DNA of 64,000 bases, taken from positions 5,150,456-5,214,455 of the forward strand of contig OY969416.1 in assembly GCA_963699145.1 (NCBI GenBank). Reading direction: 5' to 3'. Within the stretch, counting starts at the first letter, position 1. Every line of letters begins with the position of its first letter. Shown here piece by piece: positions 45,553 through 55,200 of this stretch. The stretch is from an uncultured Verrucomicrobiae bacterium. GTDB taxonomy: Bacteria > Verrucomicrobiota > Verrucomicrobiia > Limisphaerales > DASXHY01. Both the position numbers and the translations under genes were made by a program. The notes under the pieces are model-generated. The model was not told where the DNA came from and made no database searches. It saw only the letters and a list, made by a program, of their open reading frames with translations.

Positions 45553-48381
45553 CTAATGCGCCTCCAGCCACGTTTTGCCCACGCCCATTTCCACTTCAAT
45601 CGGCACGTCCAGCGGGATGGCCGTCTTCATTTTCTCTTCGACCAGTGCCAACACCTCCTTTTGTTCGGATTTCACTAAATCAAAAACCAGTTCGTCATGA
45701 ACCTGCAGCAACATTTTGGTCTTCAACTTCCGCCGGACCAGTTCCGCGTGGATGTTGATCATCGCGAGTTTGATCATATCTGCCGCCGTGCCCTGGATGG
45801 GTGCGTTGATGGCGTTGCGTTCCGCGCTGCCGCGAACGGTGGCGTTCGATGAACGAATATCGCGCAGATAACGGCGCCTGCCCGTGACGGTTTCCACGTA
45901 ACCGTTTGCGCGGGCAAATTCGATGGTCTGGTCCATGTATTTGCGGATGCCGGCGAACTGCTTGAAATAATTATCGATGATTTCGGCCGCTTCGCGCCGA
46001 GGAATGTTGAGCCGCTGCGCCAACCCGAATGCCGACATCCCGTACGCGAGACCGAAGTTCACCATCTTTGCCTTGCTGCGCATTTCCGGAGTCACTGCCT
46101 CGGGCGCCACGCCATAGACCTTCGCAGCGGTCGCGGTGTGGACATCTCCGCCCGTTCGAAACGCCTCCAGCAATCCCGCTTCACGGCTCAATCCGGCGAT
46201 GATACGCAGTTCGATTTGCGAATAATCCGCCGAAAGCAACACGTGCTTGTCATCACGCGGCACGAAGGCCTTGCGAATTTCCTGGCCGCGCTCGCTGCGG
46301 ATGGGGATGTTCTGCAAATTTGGGTTCTGCGAATTCAACCGTCCGGTGGCCGTCGCCACCTGGTTGTAAGTCGTGTGAACGCGCTTCGTTTTCGGCCAGA
46401 TCGCGGTGGGCAAAGCATCCGCGTAAGTCGATTTCAATTTCGATGCCGCGCGAAAATCGAGCAATTGCCGCACGACTTCATGCTCCGGCGCCAGCGCCAT
46501 GAGGGTTTGTTCGTCCGTGGCGTACTGGCCCGTTTTGGTTTTCTTCGGCGCCTCGCAAATCTTCATCACGTCGAAAAGAATCTCGCCCAATTGGCGCGGT
46601 GAATTGAGATTGAACTCGCGCCCCGCCGCCTGGCAGAGCGATTTCTGCAATTGCTCCATCTCGCGCGAAAGTTGCGCCGAAAATTCCCCCAGCGCTGCGG
46701 ATTCCACACGAACGCCGGCGAACTCCATGTCCACCAACACCGAGATCAACGGCGATTCGATTTCGTAAAACACGCGTTCCTGCGCCTTCTCCTTCAGCAG
46801 CGGTTCGAGCACCGCGCGCAATTGCAGCGCGACATCCACCGCCTCCATAGCGCGCTCGGCGGTTTTTTCCGATGCTACCTCGCCGAGACTCAATTGCTCC
46901 TCTTTGCTTCCCTCCGCCGCGACGCTCAGGCTGTAACCGAGATGCGCCTCGGACAAATAACCGAGCGAATGCCGCATGTCGGGCTCGATGAGGCTGTGCG
47001 CCACCATCAGGTCGAACAGTTTTCCGCGCAGCGAAATCCCGCGCCACTTCAACGCGGTCGCGTCAAATTTCAAATTGTGCCCGACTTTCTCGATCGATTC
47101 GGATTCGAGCAACGGGCGAAACTCCTCGAGAATTTTTTCCGCAGACTTCTCATCCGGCAGCAGCACATAAAACCCCGCGTGTGCTTTCGTGGAAAACGCG
47201 AGGCCTGACAGACGTGAATCTTTTGCGTCATCGCCGCTGGTGTCTGCTTTGAAACAAAAGGTGGGCAAAGCGGAGAGCGTTTTGATGAGCTTCGCGCGTT
47301 CGGCGGCGGTCGAAATAATTTTGTATTCGTGCGGGACGTCGGTGAGATGTTTGAGCGGCGCGGCGGGCCCTTTGCTCGCTTCCCCCTCACCCTTGCCCTC
47401 TCCCTCGGGGAGAGGGGGAAGTGGTTCCTGGGTTGAGGCTTGTTTAGCATCGCTGGACGGTTCGGGAGCGGGCGCGGCGGGAGACTGAAATCCCCTGCCC
47501 GCTTTGAAATCATCGCCGAATAATCTTTTCCCGATGGAATTGAATTCCCATTCGATCAGCATTTCCTTCACCTTCGGCTCGTCCGGCGGACGCAACTTCA
47601 GCTCGTCCAATTTGTATTGGCACGGCGCGTCACAATCCAGCGTCACGAGTTTTTTGGACAGCAACGCCGCCTCGCGATGCGCCTCAATATTTTCCTTCAG
47701 CTTGCCCTTCAATTCACTCGTCTTCGCCAGCAGATTTTCCACGCTGCCGAATTGCGCGATCAATTTCGTCGCCGTTTTTTCGCCCACCCCCGGCACGCCG
47801 GGAACGTTGTCCACCGAGTCGCCCATGAGCGCGAGGATGTCGATGACCTGCTCCGTGCGCTCGATGCCCCAGCGCGCGCGAATTTCCGGGATGCCCATGA
47901 TTTCCACGCCGTCGCCCTGGCGGGAGGGTCGGTAAAGAAACGTGTTTTCGTCCACGAGCTGGCCGAAATCCTTGTCCGGCGTGACCATGAACGTCTGGAA
48001 GCCATCCTTTTCCGCGCGCCGCGCGAGCGTGCCGATGATGTCGTCCGCCTCGTAGCCGTCGCATTCCAGAACCGGCACGCGGAAGGCTTCCAACATACGG
48101 CGCACGTGCGGCAGCGCCGCGGACAAATCCTCGGGCATGGCCTGGCGGGTGGCTTTGTAATCAGGATAAACCGTGTGGCGCGGCGTGGGGGCGTCCGTGT
48201 CGAAAGCGACGGCGAGGTGCGTGGGCTGTTGCTTGCTCAGGATTTCGAGCAGCGTTTGCGTGAAGCCGTAGAGCGCGGAGCTGTTCACGCCTTTCGAGGT
48301 AAAGATCGGCCGCGCGATGAGCGCGAAATGGGCGCGATACACGAGCGCCATGCCGTCGAGGAGAAAAAGCCGTTTCGCCAT
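45553..48381 (-). CDS. polA: DNA polymerase I
   Basis: 942 aa. The 5'-nuclease N-terminus is LFLLDGMALVYRAHFA. The polymerase motifs are DYSQIELRIIAGLS and QVHDELVF. Confidence 0.96.
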   Translation of the reverse strand: MAKRLFLLDGMALVYRAHFALIARPIFTSKGVNSSALYGFTQTLLEILSKQQPTHLAVAFDTDAPTPRHTVYPDYKATRQAMPEDLSAALPHVRRMLEAFRVPVLECDGYEADDIIGTLARRAEKDGFQTFMVTPDKDFGQLVDENTFLYRPSRQGDGVEIMGIPEIRARWGIERTEQVIDILALMGDSVDNVPGVPGVGEKTATKLIAQFGSVENLLAKTSELKGKLKENIEAHREAALLSKKLVTLDCDAPCQYKLDELKLRPPDEPKVKEMLIEWEFNSIGKRLFGDDFKAGRGFQSPAAPAPEPSSDAKQASTQEPLPPLPEGEGKGEGEASKGPAAPLKHLTDVPHEYKIISTAAERAKLIKTLSALPTFCFKADTSGDDAKDSRLSGLAFSTKAHAGFYVLLPDEKSAEKILEEFRPLLESESIEKVGHNLKFDATALKWRGISLRGKLFDLMVAHSLIEPDMRHSLGYLSEAHLGYSLSVAAEGSKEEQLSLGEVASEKTAERAMEAVDVALQLRAVLEPLLKEKAQERVFYEIESPLISVLVDMEFAGVRVESAALGEFSAQLSREMEQLQKSLCQAAGREFNLNSPRQLGEILFDVMKICEAPKKTKTGQYATDEQTLMALAPEHEVVRQLLDFRAASKLKSTYADALPTAIWPKTKRVHTTYNQVATATGRLNSQNPNLQNIPIRSERGQEIRKAFVPRDDKHVLLSADYSQIELRIIAGLSREAGLLEAFRTGGDVHTATAAKVYGVAPEAVTPEMRSKAKMVNFGLAYGMSAFGLAQRLNIPRREAAEIIDNYFKQFAGIRKYMDQTIEFARANGYVETVTGRRRYLRDIRSSNATVRGSAERNAINAPIQGTAADMIKLAMINIHAELVRRKLKTKMLLQVHDELVFDLVKSEQKEVLALVEEKMKTAIPLDVPIEVEMGVGKTWLEAH

Positions 48382-48393
48382 GAGAGGAATTTA

Positions 48394-48416
48394 CGATTTA
48401 CGATATACGATTTACG
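48394..48416. repeat. TACGATTT-family 23-mer 12 nt upstream of the polA start
   Basis: The plus strand reads cgatttacgatatacgatttacg. The mRNA sense is cgtaaatcgtatatcgtaaatcg. Confidence 0.8.
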
Positions 48417-48483
48417 AGTTCAGATTCAAATTGGCGCAAGCTTGCCAAATGGCAATCGTAATTCATTTTGTCGAGGTTGATCG

Positions 48484-49626
48484 TCATTGCGGCAGCCATT
48501 TGAAAACCATTGCGGTCACGGCGTCATCGCAGGCTTTTTCGGCGCCATTCCCATAGATGTTGGTGGCGGCGATCACCGCGAAATTTTTCTCCGGCGCGAG
48601 CCACATGACGATGTACCACATGGTATTTGAGCCATTGTGCATCAAGGCCGCGCCGCCCGCCCAATCGCGCTGGTACACCACCCAACCGCAGGCGTAATTG
48701 TCTCCTTCACTCTGAATCTTCAAGTCTTTCGGCAACGCATGAAGTTTCGCCACTGTTTCCGCTTTCAACAATCCGCTGGTCCCGGGCCGCAAATGAAGCA
48801 TCGCAAATCGCGCGAGGTCATCGAGCGAGCAATGAACGCGGGCGGCGGGAGCGATCGCGGGCGGGTTGTCGAACTGCACCGGAACAATGCTTCCGAGCCG
48901 GTCCACGTGCCCCCACGGTTGATCGACTTTGCCGGCGGTGCCGGGCGGCCCGAAACCGGCGGTGTCCATGTGCAGTGGTTTGAACAGTTTTTCCGTGATC
49001 AAGGATTCGTAGTCGCGGCCGGTGATTTTTTCCAACATTGCGCCGGCAATGGTATAACCCTGGTTGGAGTAGATCATTTTCGTTCCGGGCGGCGCTTCCG
49101 GCGGGAGCGCGAGGACGGCTTCGATGAATTCACGGCGCTGCTCCATCGGCGTGCCTTGTTGCTGAAGTGCCCGCGCCCACGCAGCGGGCGGCGGTTTGCC
49201 GGGAACGCCGCCGCGCTGCTGCAGCAGTTGCTCGACGGTGACATTCTCATATTGCTTGTCCATCTTGCCCTTCAACTCGGGAAACGCCTCGGCAATGGTC
49301 GTGTCCCAGCGCAATTTGCCTGCTTCAATCAGAATGGCAGCGAGCGTGGCCGTCATGGATTTGGTGCAGGAGCCAATGTGGAAGACGTCGTTCGTCGTGA
49401 CCGGGGTTGGATCGCCGATTTTGCGGACGCCGGCGGCGTCGCGCTCGCAGATTTTTCCGTCTTTGACGACCACCACGGCCAAGGCGGGCAAGTCGTATTT
49501 TTTGCGGATGGCTTCCATGGATGGATCGGGGGTGGAATTGGTTGGCGAGGCCGCGGCGATGAGCGCGCCGGGCGCGAGGGTCAGGATTGCCAAGGCGGCT
49601 TTTTTTAGATGATTGGCGAGGGTCAT
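48484..49626 (-). CDS. serine hydrolase, beta-lactamase (class C/PBP4*-like) family
   Basis: The ATG at 49626 gives signal peptide MTLANHLKKAALAILTLAPGALIAAAS. It has the S-x-x-K motif SCTKS and the Y-x-N motif YSN. Confidence 0.8.
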   Translation of the reverse strand: MTLANHLKKAALAILTLAPGALIAAASPTNSTPDPSMEAIRKKYDLPALAVVVVKDGKICERDAAGVRKIGDPTPVTTNDVFHIGSCTKSMTATLAAILIEAGKLRWDTTIAEAFPELKGKMDKQYENVTVEQLLQQRGGVPGKPPPAAWARALQQQGTPMEQRREFIEAVLALPPEAPPGTKMIYSNQGYTIAGAMLEKITGRDYESLITEKLFKPLHMDTAGFGPPGTAGKVDQPWGHVDRLGSIVPVQFDNPPAIAPAARVHCSLDDLARFAMLHLRPGTSGLLKAETVAKLHALPKDLKIQSEGDNYACGWVVYQRDWAGGAALMHNGSNTMWYIVMWLAPEKNFAVIAATNIYGNGAEKACDDAVTAMVFKWLPQ

Positions 49627-50187
49627 TGCAAGGCGGATGTTATGAAAATGGCTCTCTACAGTCCACAGCCCCCCACCCCGCACGGGTTGGAATGGGCTGG
49701 CACTTCGGTAAACGCTTGTGGTGAGGGTGACAGCACGATTAGGCACGATTGGGCACGACGGGCGTTGAGACACAATGTGTTGTGAAAGCTTCCAAATGCC
49801 AGGATCCGAGCTCCAAGGCACTTCCCAGCGCCAAACACCAACGACAGATGTCCGGCCCGCGAGACGGGTCGCGGAGACGAAGCTGCTGATGTGAAATCCG
49901 ATTGCTTCCCTTTTTAGTTGGCAGGCCAATTTTCCCTTTCCGTTCCTCCCGTTCTCTCCTCGCCACGGTTTTAGCATGGTTGGGGAATGGTTCAATGATT
50001 TTTTCGCCAGGCGGAATTAAATTGTCGCCTTTTCGTGGGAAGCGCCAGAGGGCTGGCGCAGTCCGGGACGCTGGCGCGGGTCAGGGGTGCAAGACATTCG
50101 CTGCGGTTTTGGAGCGGGGTAGTTCGTTCCGTTTGAAAATGAAATCCGATGGAGACGTGGTTCAAAAACACCAACCACCCTTGAATA

Positions 50188-50216
50188 ATAAAAAGGGACG
50201 CATTTGATTGCGTCCC
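50188..50216 (-). terminator. rho-independent terminator after the PEP-CTERM gene
   Basis: Minus strand: gggacgca/atcaaa/tgcgtccc followed by tttttat. Identical to the one at 50996-51026. Confidence 0.7.
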
Positions 50217-50240
50217 GACCGCGACATTTTAAAATTGAGA

Positions 50241-50933
50241 TCAGCGCCGATTTGAACGGCAGCGGCGCACCATCCAGAAGGCCGGGAGGGCCAAACCGAT
50301 TAAAGAAAGCGAAGAGGGTTCAGGAACCGGGGAAACGCTGATGTCGGTAAAATACACCCCCACCGGCGGCGCGGTGCCGTTGCCATTTTCGATGAGCCCC
50401 AACCGGAAAAAAGTGTCCGCCGGGGGCATATCAAAACCAACCGCGCCCATGTTCACCGTCACTGTGCCGGTAAATACCTGGCCGCTGGCCATTTGGGTGC
50501 CGTTCAGTTGGACCTCGGTACCATCCTGCGCATAATAACTGCTACCCGTGTTAACAAAGGATCCAATTTGGAGGAACGTGCCGGAGTTGGCTCCAAAGGT
50601 GGAGGTGTCCACACGCCAGTTATAACTGAGATTGTAACCGTTTGGGTTGGCAGCCGCGGCTTGCATCGCCTTGTAGAAATCAGAACCATCCGCGCCATGC
50701 CCCACGTTCGCTACCTGGAAGCCGCCCAGGGGAATGAAAATATAGTTGCTACCCCCAATGGTCGAAACGGTGGCGGGTGGGGTGCTGCCAAAACCTGAAT
50801 TCGACCAACCGTCGGGGGTGCCATCGGAGAAATCAAAATTAACCGACTGACTGTGCGCTTGAAACGCGCCCAAAAGAAGAGCAGCCAATGAGGCCAAGGC
50901 AACGGGGGACTTCATAAGTGCCAGAATAGTCAC
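50241..50933 (-). CDS. PEP-CTERM sorting-domain protein
   Basis: It has a signal peptide. The C-terminus is VPEPSSLSLIGLALPAFWMVRRCRSNRR (PEP motif, TM helix, basic tail). Confidence 0.78.
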   Translation of the reverse strand: MTILALMKSPVALASLAALLLGAFQAHSQSVNFDFSDGTPDGWSNSGFGSTPPATVSTIGGSNYIFIPLGGFQVANVGHGADGSDFYKAMQAAAANPNGYNLSYNWRVDTSTFGANSGTFLQIGSFVNTGSSYYAQDGTEVQLNGTQMASGQVFTGTVTVNMGAVGFDMPPADTFFRLGLIENGNGTAPPVGVYFTDISVSPVPEPSSLSLIGLALPAFWMVRRCRSNRR

Positions 50934-50995
50934 ACCTTTGATAAAATGGAAGAAAAAGATGGCGGCAAGCTGTCCTTAATTCTCATGACAAAGGG

Positions 50996-51026
50996 ATAAA
51001 AAAAGGGACGCATTTGATTGCGTCCC
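50996..51026 (-). terminator. rho-independent terminator after the PepSY-like lipoprotein gene
   Basis: Same gggacgcatttgattgcgtccc hairpin with an adjacent A-run on the plus strand. Confidence 0.7.
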
Positions 51027-51075
51027 GGTTTGGGATAGAATGAGGCGCCGAAGCGGCGTCCCTCCCGGTTCTAGT

Positions 51076-51621
51076 TTACTTCTGAAGGTCTTGCACCAGG
51101 GTGCCGTCTTCCGCCACGCGGAGGGACGGATTTTTGCCGGTGTCCTGGAAGGAAACATCGTAAATCACCCGACCATTGGCCGTGCTGCGCGAGACGTCGG
51201 CAACCGGCGCGTCCGGAGCATGCGCTTTAATGGTCTTTTGGACGGCTTCCGGCAAGGCGCTGAATTTGGTGCCCACCGCGCCAGTCGGCGTCAACGCTTT
51301 CTTCACGTCCTGCACGACGCCGTTCGGATTGTTGGCCATGTCGCTGCTCACGACCCTGCCGTCCATGGTGATGATCATTTCGTTGTCTTTATCGGCACCC
51401 TGGTTTCGGATATCCACTTTATAGGCGTCCATGCCGTTCTCCGTGGTCTTCGACACTCCGGTGATTTCGCCATTGGGCGATTGCGCGCGGACGGTTTTTT
51501 GCACCGCCGGCGGGAGGGTGTTGAAGGCTTGCGAATTGCTTTCGACGCTCTGGTTGCAACCGACTGCCAAACCGGCAGCGGCAATCAAGGTCACTGCATA
51601 TACTTTGATAGGCATTTTCAT
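51076..51621 (-). CDS. putative lipoprotein with two PepSY-like repeats
   Basis: MKMPIKVYAVTLIAAAGLAVGC contains a lipobox. There are two repeats, LPPAVQKTVRAQSPNGEITGVSKTTENGMDAYKVDI and LPEAVQKTIKAHAPDAPVADVSRSTANGRVIYDVSF. Confidence 0.6.
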   Translation of the reverse strand: MKMPIKVYAVTLIAAAGLAVGCNQSVESNSQAFNTLPPAVQKTVRAQSPNGEITGVSKTTENGMDAYKVDIRNQGADKDNEMIITMDGRVVSSDMANNPNGVVQDVKKALTPTGAVGTKFSALPEAVQKTIKAHAPDAPVADVSRSTANGRVIYDVSFQDTGKNPSLRVAEDGTLVQDLQK

Positions 51622-51741
51622 AAACAAAAGATAAGCGGTCCTCCCCTCTGGCACCATTCGGGTGAGTTGCTACCGGACGGTGGGTTGATTGACGATTGAG
51701 GGGTTTACGGAGGGGAATTTAGCCGCAAGGAACGCGAAGAA

Positions 51742-51981
51742 TTACAGCAATCCCAAACGTTGCAACATAATACGCAATCGCAGTCGCTCCGTGGAATTCA
51801 TATCCAACAGCCAAGCCGTTGTGCGGCCAATTGCGGTTTTTCCACGGATATTCGCGCCCTCAAAAAGGAAGTGTTCGTCCCAGATATCTTTTCGGGGATT
51901 AAAAAGGAGCGAAGGGAGGCGGCAATATTTGCAGCGGTTCCCCGCGCGCTGGCGGATGAACTGGCTCGTCGCCGCGTCCAT
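51742..51981 (-). pseudogene. HNH-endonuclease-like gene lacking the catalytic HNH core (in-frame internal deletion)
   Basis: IRQRAGNRCKYCRLPS runs directly into LLFNPRKDIWDEHFLFEGANIRGKTAIGRTT. In intact members of this family, about 45 aa including H..H...N..C..CN lie between these two segments (from memory). Confidence 0.5.
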
Positions 51982-52250
51982 CAGCTCGCTTTCGTATGAC
52001 TTAAAACCAATCGCGCTTCCGCCTGAAGCAGCCCCAGCAAAGTGTTGGCGCGCACCATGGCTTCCAATTCCTCTACTTCCGCTGGAGTTAAAGTTCCTTC
52101 GGTGCGCTGTTCTGAAAGCTGGTCGTAACGGGATTGGACTTCTGAATCGGCACGAAGATTAACCAAGGCACGGGCCAGATCAGTCGTGAATTGAAGCGGC
52201 AGTGGCCGGAGCAACTTCTCGAGAGCCGTGGTTTCGCCATCAGTCTTCAT
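51981..52250 (-). CDS. small helical protein, unknown function, coupled to the HNH-like gene
   Basis: 89 aa with a 1-nt overlap with the downstream gene. It starts 45 nt after the ATPase stop on the same strand. Confidence 0.5.
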   Translation of the reverse strand: MKTDGETTALEKLLRPLPLQFTTDLARALVNLRADSEVQSRYDQLSEQRTEGTLTPAEVEELEAMVRANTLLGLLQAEARLVLSHTKAS

Positions 52251-52295
52251 GGGGCAAATACTATCATTCCATCAAGTTCGCCGCCATATTTTCCT

Positions 52296-55200
52296 TTAGG
52301 ACGCCCCGCCCTTCAACTGCCCCGTGACGCGCTCAATCCATTCGTTGCCGGGGCGCGCGTAGGGGCGGAACATTTCGGTGTAGCCTTCGCGGTCGTTGTA
52401 GTAGAGGGCGCGATGCATGCCGAGCGTGGCGGCGTCTGGGGAATCGATGAGGCTCGCGGAGTCGCTGGCGCTCATCTGGAAGAGGACGCGCATTTCGAAT
52501 TCGCTCAGGTTTTTGCGGCCGAGGAAACGGTTGATGTTGTTGAAGCTGTCGCAGGTGGCGATGACGTGGATTCCGTGGGCGGGACCGTCGCTGATCAAGC
52601 TCAACAAAATGCTCGCGGGGGAAGCTGTGTCCGTGGTGGAGAAACTGAACTCGTCTTCCTGGCGGAGCTTTTTGTAGTTCTGCAGATCCTGGATGAGCAC
52701 GAAGGTTTCCGGGCCGTTGTTCGATTGCTCATCGCCGCTGCGGCGTTTCAATTCTTCCGCGAGTGCGTTCATGGCGTCGCCCACGTCGCCGCCTTTGACG
52801 CGGGTGAGTTCGTGCGGAATGCCTTGCACGATGCGGTCGAGGAATTCGCGCTCGGGCGATTCGGGCGCCGTGCTGTCGAGCAAAACGAAGCGCACGGCGC
52901 CGCGCGGATATTGCGCGCTCAACGCGACCAGCGCCACAGCGAGCATGGAGAGTGAGGCTTCGGCATTCTGACCGACGACCAGCAGGTTGTTGCCGCTTTG
53001 TTTTTGGAACACGGCTTCGGTGGGGCCTTTGATGGAATTGGGCGCACCGAGCCAGGCGCGCGATTGTGCGAGGGCTTTCGCGGGTTTCGTTTCGAGAAAA
53101 ATGCGCAACGGGAGATTTTCGTTCACGTCGGCGGGCGCGTTACCTTCAAACACGAATGGGCCGGGAAAATTCTTGCCGGTGCGATCGGCGCGTTCGCGAA
53201 TTTGCGCGAGATAATTGTCGCGCACGCTCTCGGGCAGCCACACGGCCTGGAAGGGGCTGTTGCCTTCGATGGCGCCGGCGGAATCGTTGTAGATGCCTTC
53301 GCCGGGGCGCGAGAGCAAGCGCGGTGCGGGATTATCCTGGTCCATGATGAGGTAGGCGTCGGCTTCGTTGCATTGCAGCGCGATGCGAATCACCATCTGG
53401 CCGAGCGTGGCGCGCGCGAGGGTGTAAGCGCCGCCGAGCGTTTGCGAGCCGAGAATCACGTGGATGCCGAACGCGCGGCCCTGACGCACGATGCGGTCCA
53501 GCAGGACCGCCGCCTGTTGCGAGACGTGATCTTCCTCGGTGAAGAATTCCTGGAACTCGTCAATCATCAGCAGCGAGCGGGGCATGGGCTCCGTGCCGCC
53601 GGAACGTTTGTAACCGGCTACGTCCTGCACGCCTTGCGCGCGAAATAAATCACCGCGACGGCGCAATTCCATGTCGATGCGCTCCAGCACGCTCAGGCCG
53701 AATTGGCGATCGCTCTCGATGGCCACGACTCTCGCGTGCGGTAAATGGCGGTTGGCGTAGCTCTTGAACTCGACGCCTTTTTTGAAGTCGACGAGATAAA
53801 ATTCCACCTGCTCGGGGCTGCACCAGAGCGCGAGGTTGGTGATCATCACATGAAACAGCGTGGATTTGCCGGAACCAGTTTTGCCCGCGATAAGCGCGTG
53901 CTGGCGGGTGGCTTTGCCGATTTCGAGGTACTGCAATTTCGTGGCGCCCGAGCGGCCAATCGGCACGCGCAATTCCTGGCTGGTTTCCTCGCTCCAAATC
54001 TGGCCGTTTTTCGGCGCGATTTGTTCGAACGGCACTTCGACGCGATTGGAGTCCTTCCCTTTCTTGCCGACTTCACGCAGGAAATGCGTGGCGAATTCGG
54101 GCGACGGCGGCGGGTCGAGTTGGATTTGCGAGCCGGGCACACGCCAGTTCGCGAGCACGAAATCATTTTCGCGCCGCACGAGCGTGACGCTGTTTTTGCG
54201 CAGTTCATCCGCCACGAAATCCTGCGGCACCGCATTGCGCTGGTCCCAATGCATGAGCGTGTAAACGCCGCAACGCGCGCCGCTGGTGGCGATGTTGCGC
54301 AGCCGCTTGGCGGCGGTGTCGCTGAAGTTCACGGGGAATGAGGCGATGACGAGGATGTGATATTTTTCCGCGATGGTGCCGGCCTGCGCGTTGTATTCAG
54401 CGATGGTCTCGTATTCGTTGCGCAGATACATCTGGATGACTTTTTCCATGTGCTCGTTCAACTCGGCGAGCTTCTCCTCGAACTGCGCCGCTTGCGTCCA
54501 GATGCGGCTGTTGATGTGGCTCTCCTCGAAGTCGGCGAGGTGCATGAGGCCGGCGAAATTCTGGCCGAGGCCGACGGGATCGAAAATCGTGAAGCTTAAT
54601 TTCCCGGCGGGGTTCGTCGAGAGCAGCCGGAAAATAATGTTGTTGATGGCGGCGATGGCCTCCTCGTGGCCGACTTTCGGCGTCTCAAAAAGAATGGAGC
54701 CTTGCAGCGGATAGGTCAGGAGCAGCGGCACGGAGAAGTTGGCGGGGCCGGGCAACGCGAGGCGCGGGTCTTTCGGCATGGCTTCGGCGGCCTTGGACAT
54801 ATCGACGTCCAGCGAGCCGAACTTGGCGGCGTTTTTGAATTCGAGCGGCGGATCCCAGTCTTTCCAGAGCGGAATTTCCCACGGCGGAAACATTTTTTCC
54901 GAGAACTCATTCGCGGCGCGAATGGAAGCGTAAATGGGTTCCACGATGCCCTTCCATTCGGCGACCATCGCGTCCCACAGGCCCTTAAATTCCGACTCAA
55001 GCCGGCTCATTTTCGCGCGATGCGTGTCTAACATTTCCTTCGCTTCCGCATCCGTGCCTGAGCGCAACCGCGCGAGGGTCAGGGTGCGGTCGCGTTCGAC
55101 TTCGCGCATGCGCTGGTCGTGAGTGGCTTCGTTTTTCGCAAAGGCGCGGCGGGCTTTTTCGTCGACTTTGACCGGGCGGGTGCCGCGCAATTCGATGGCG

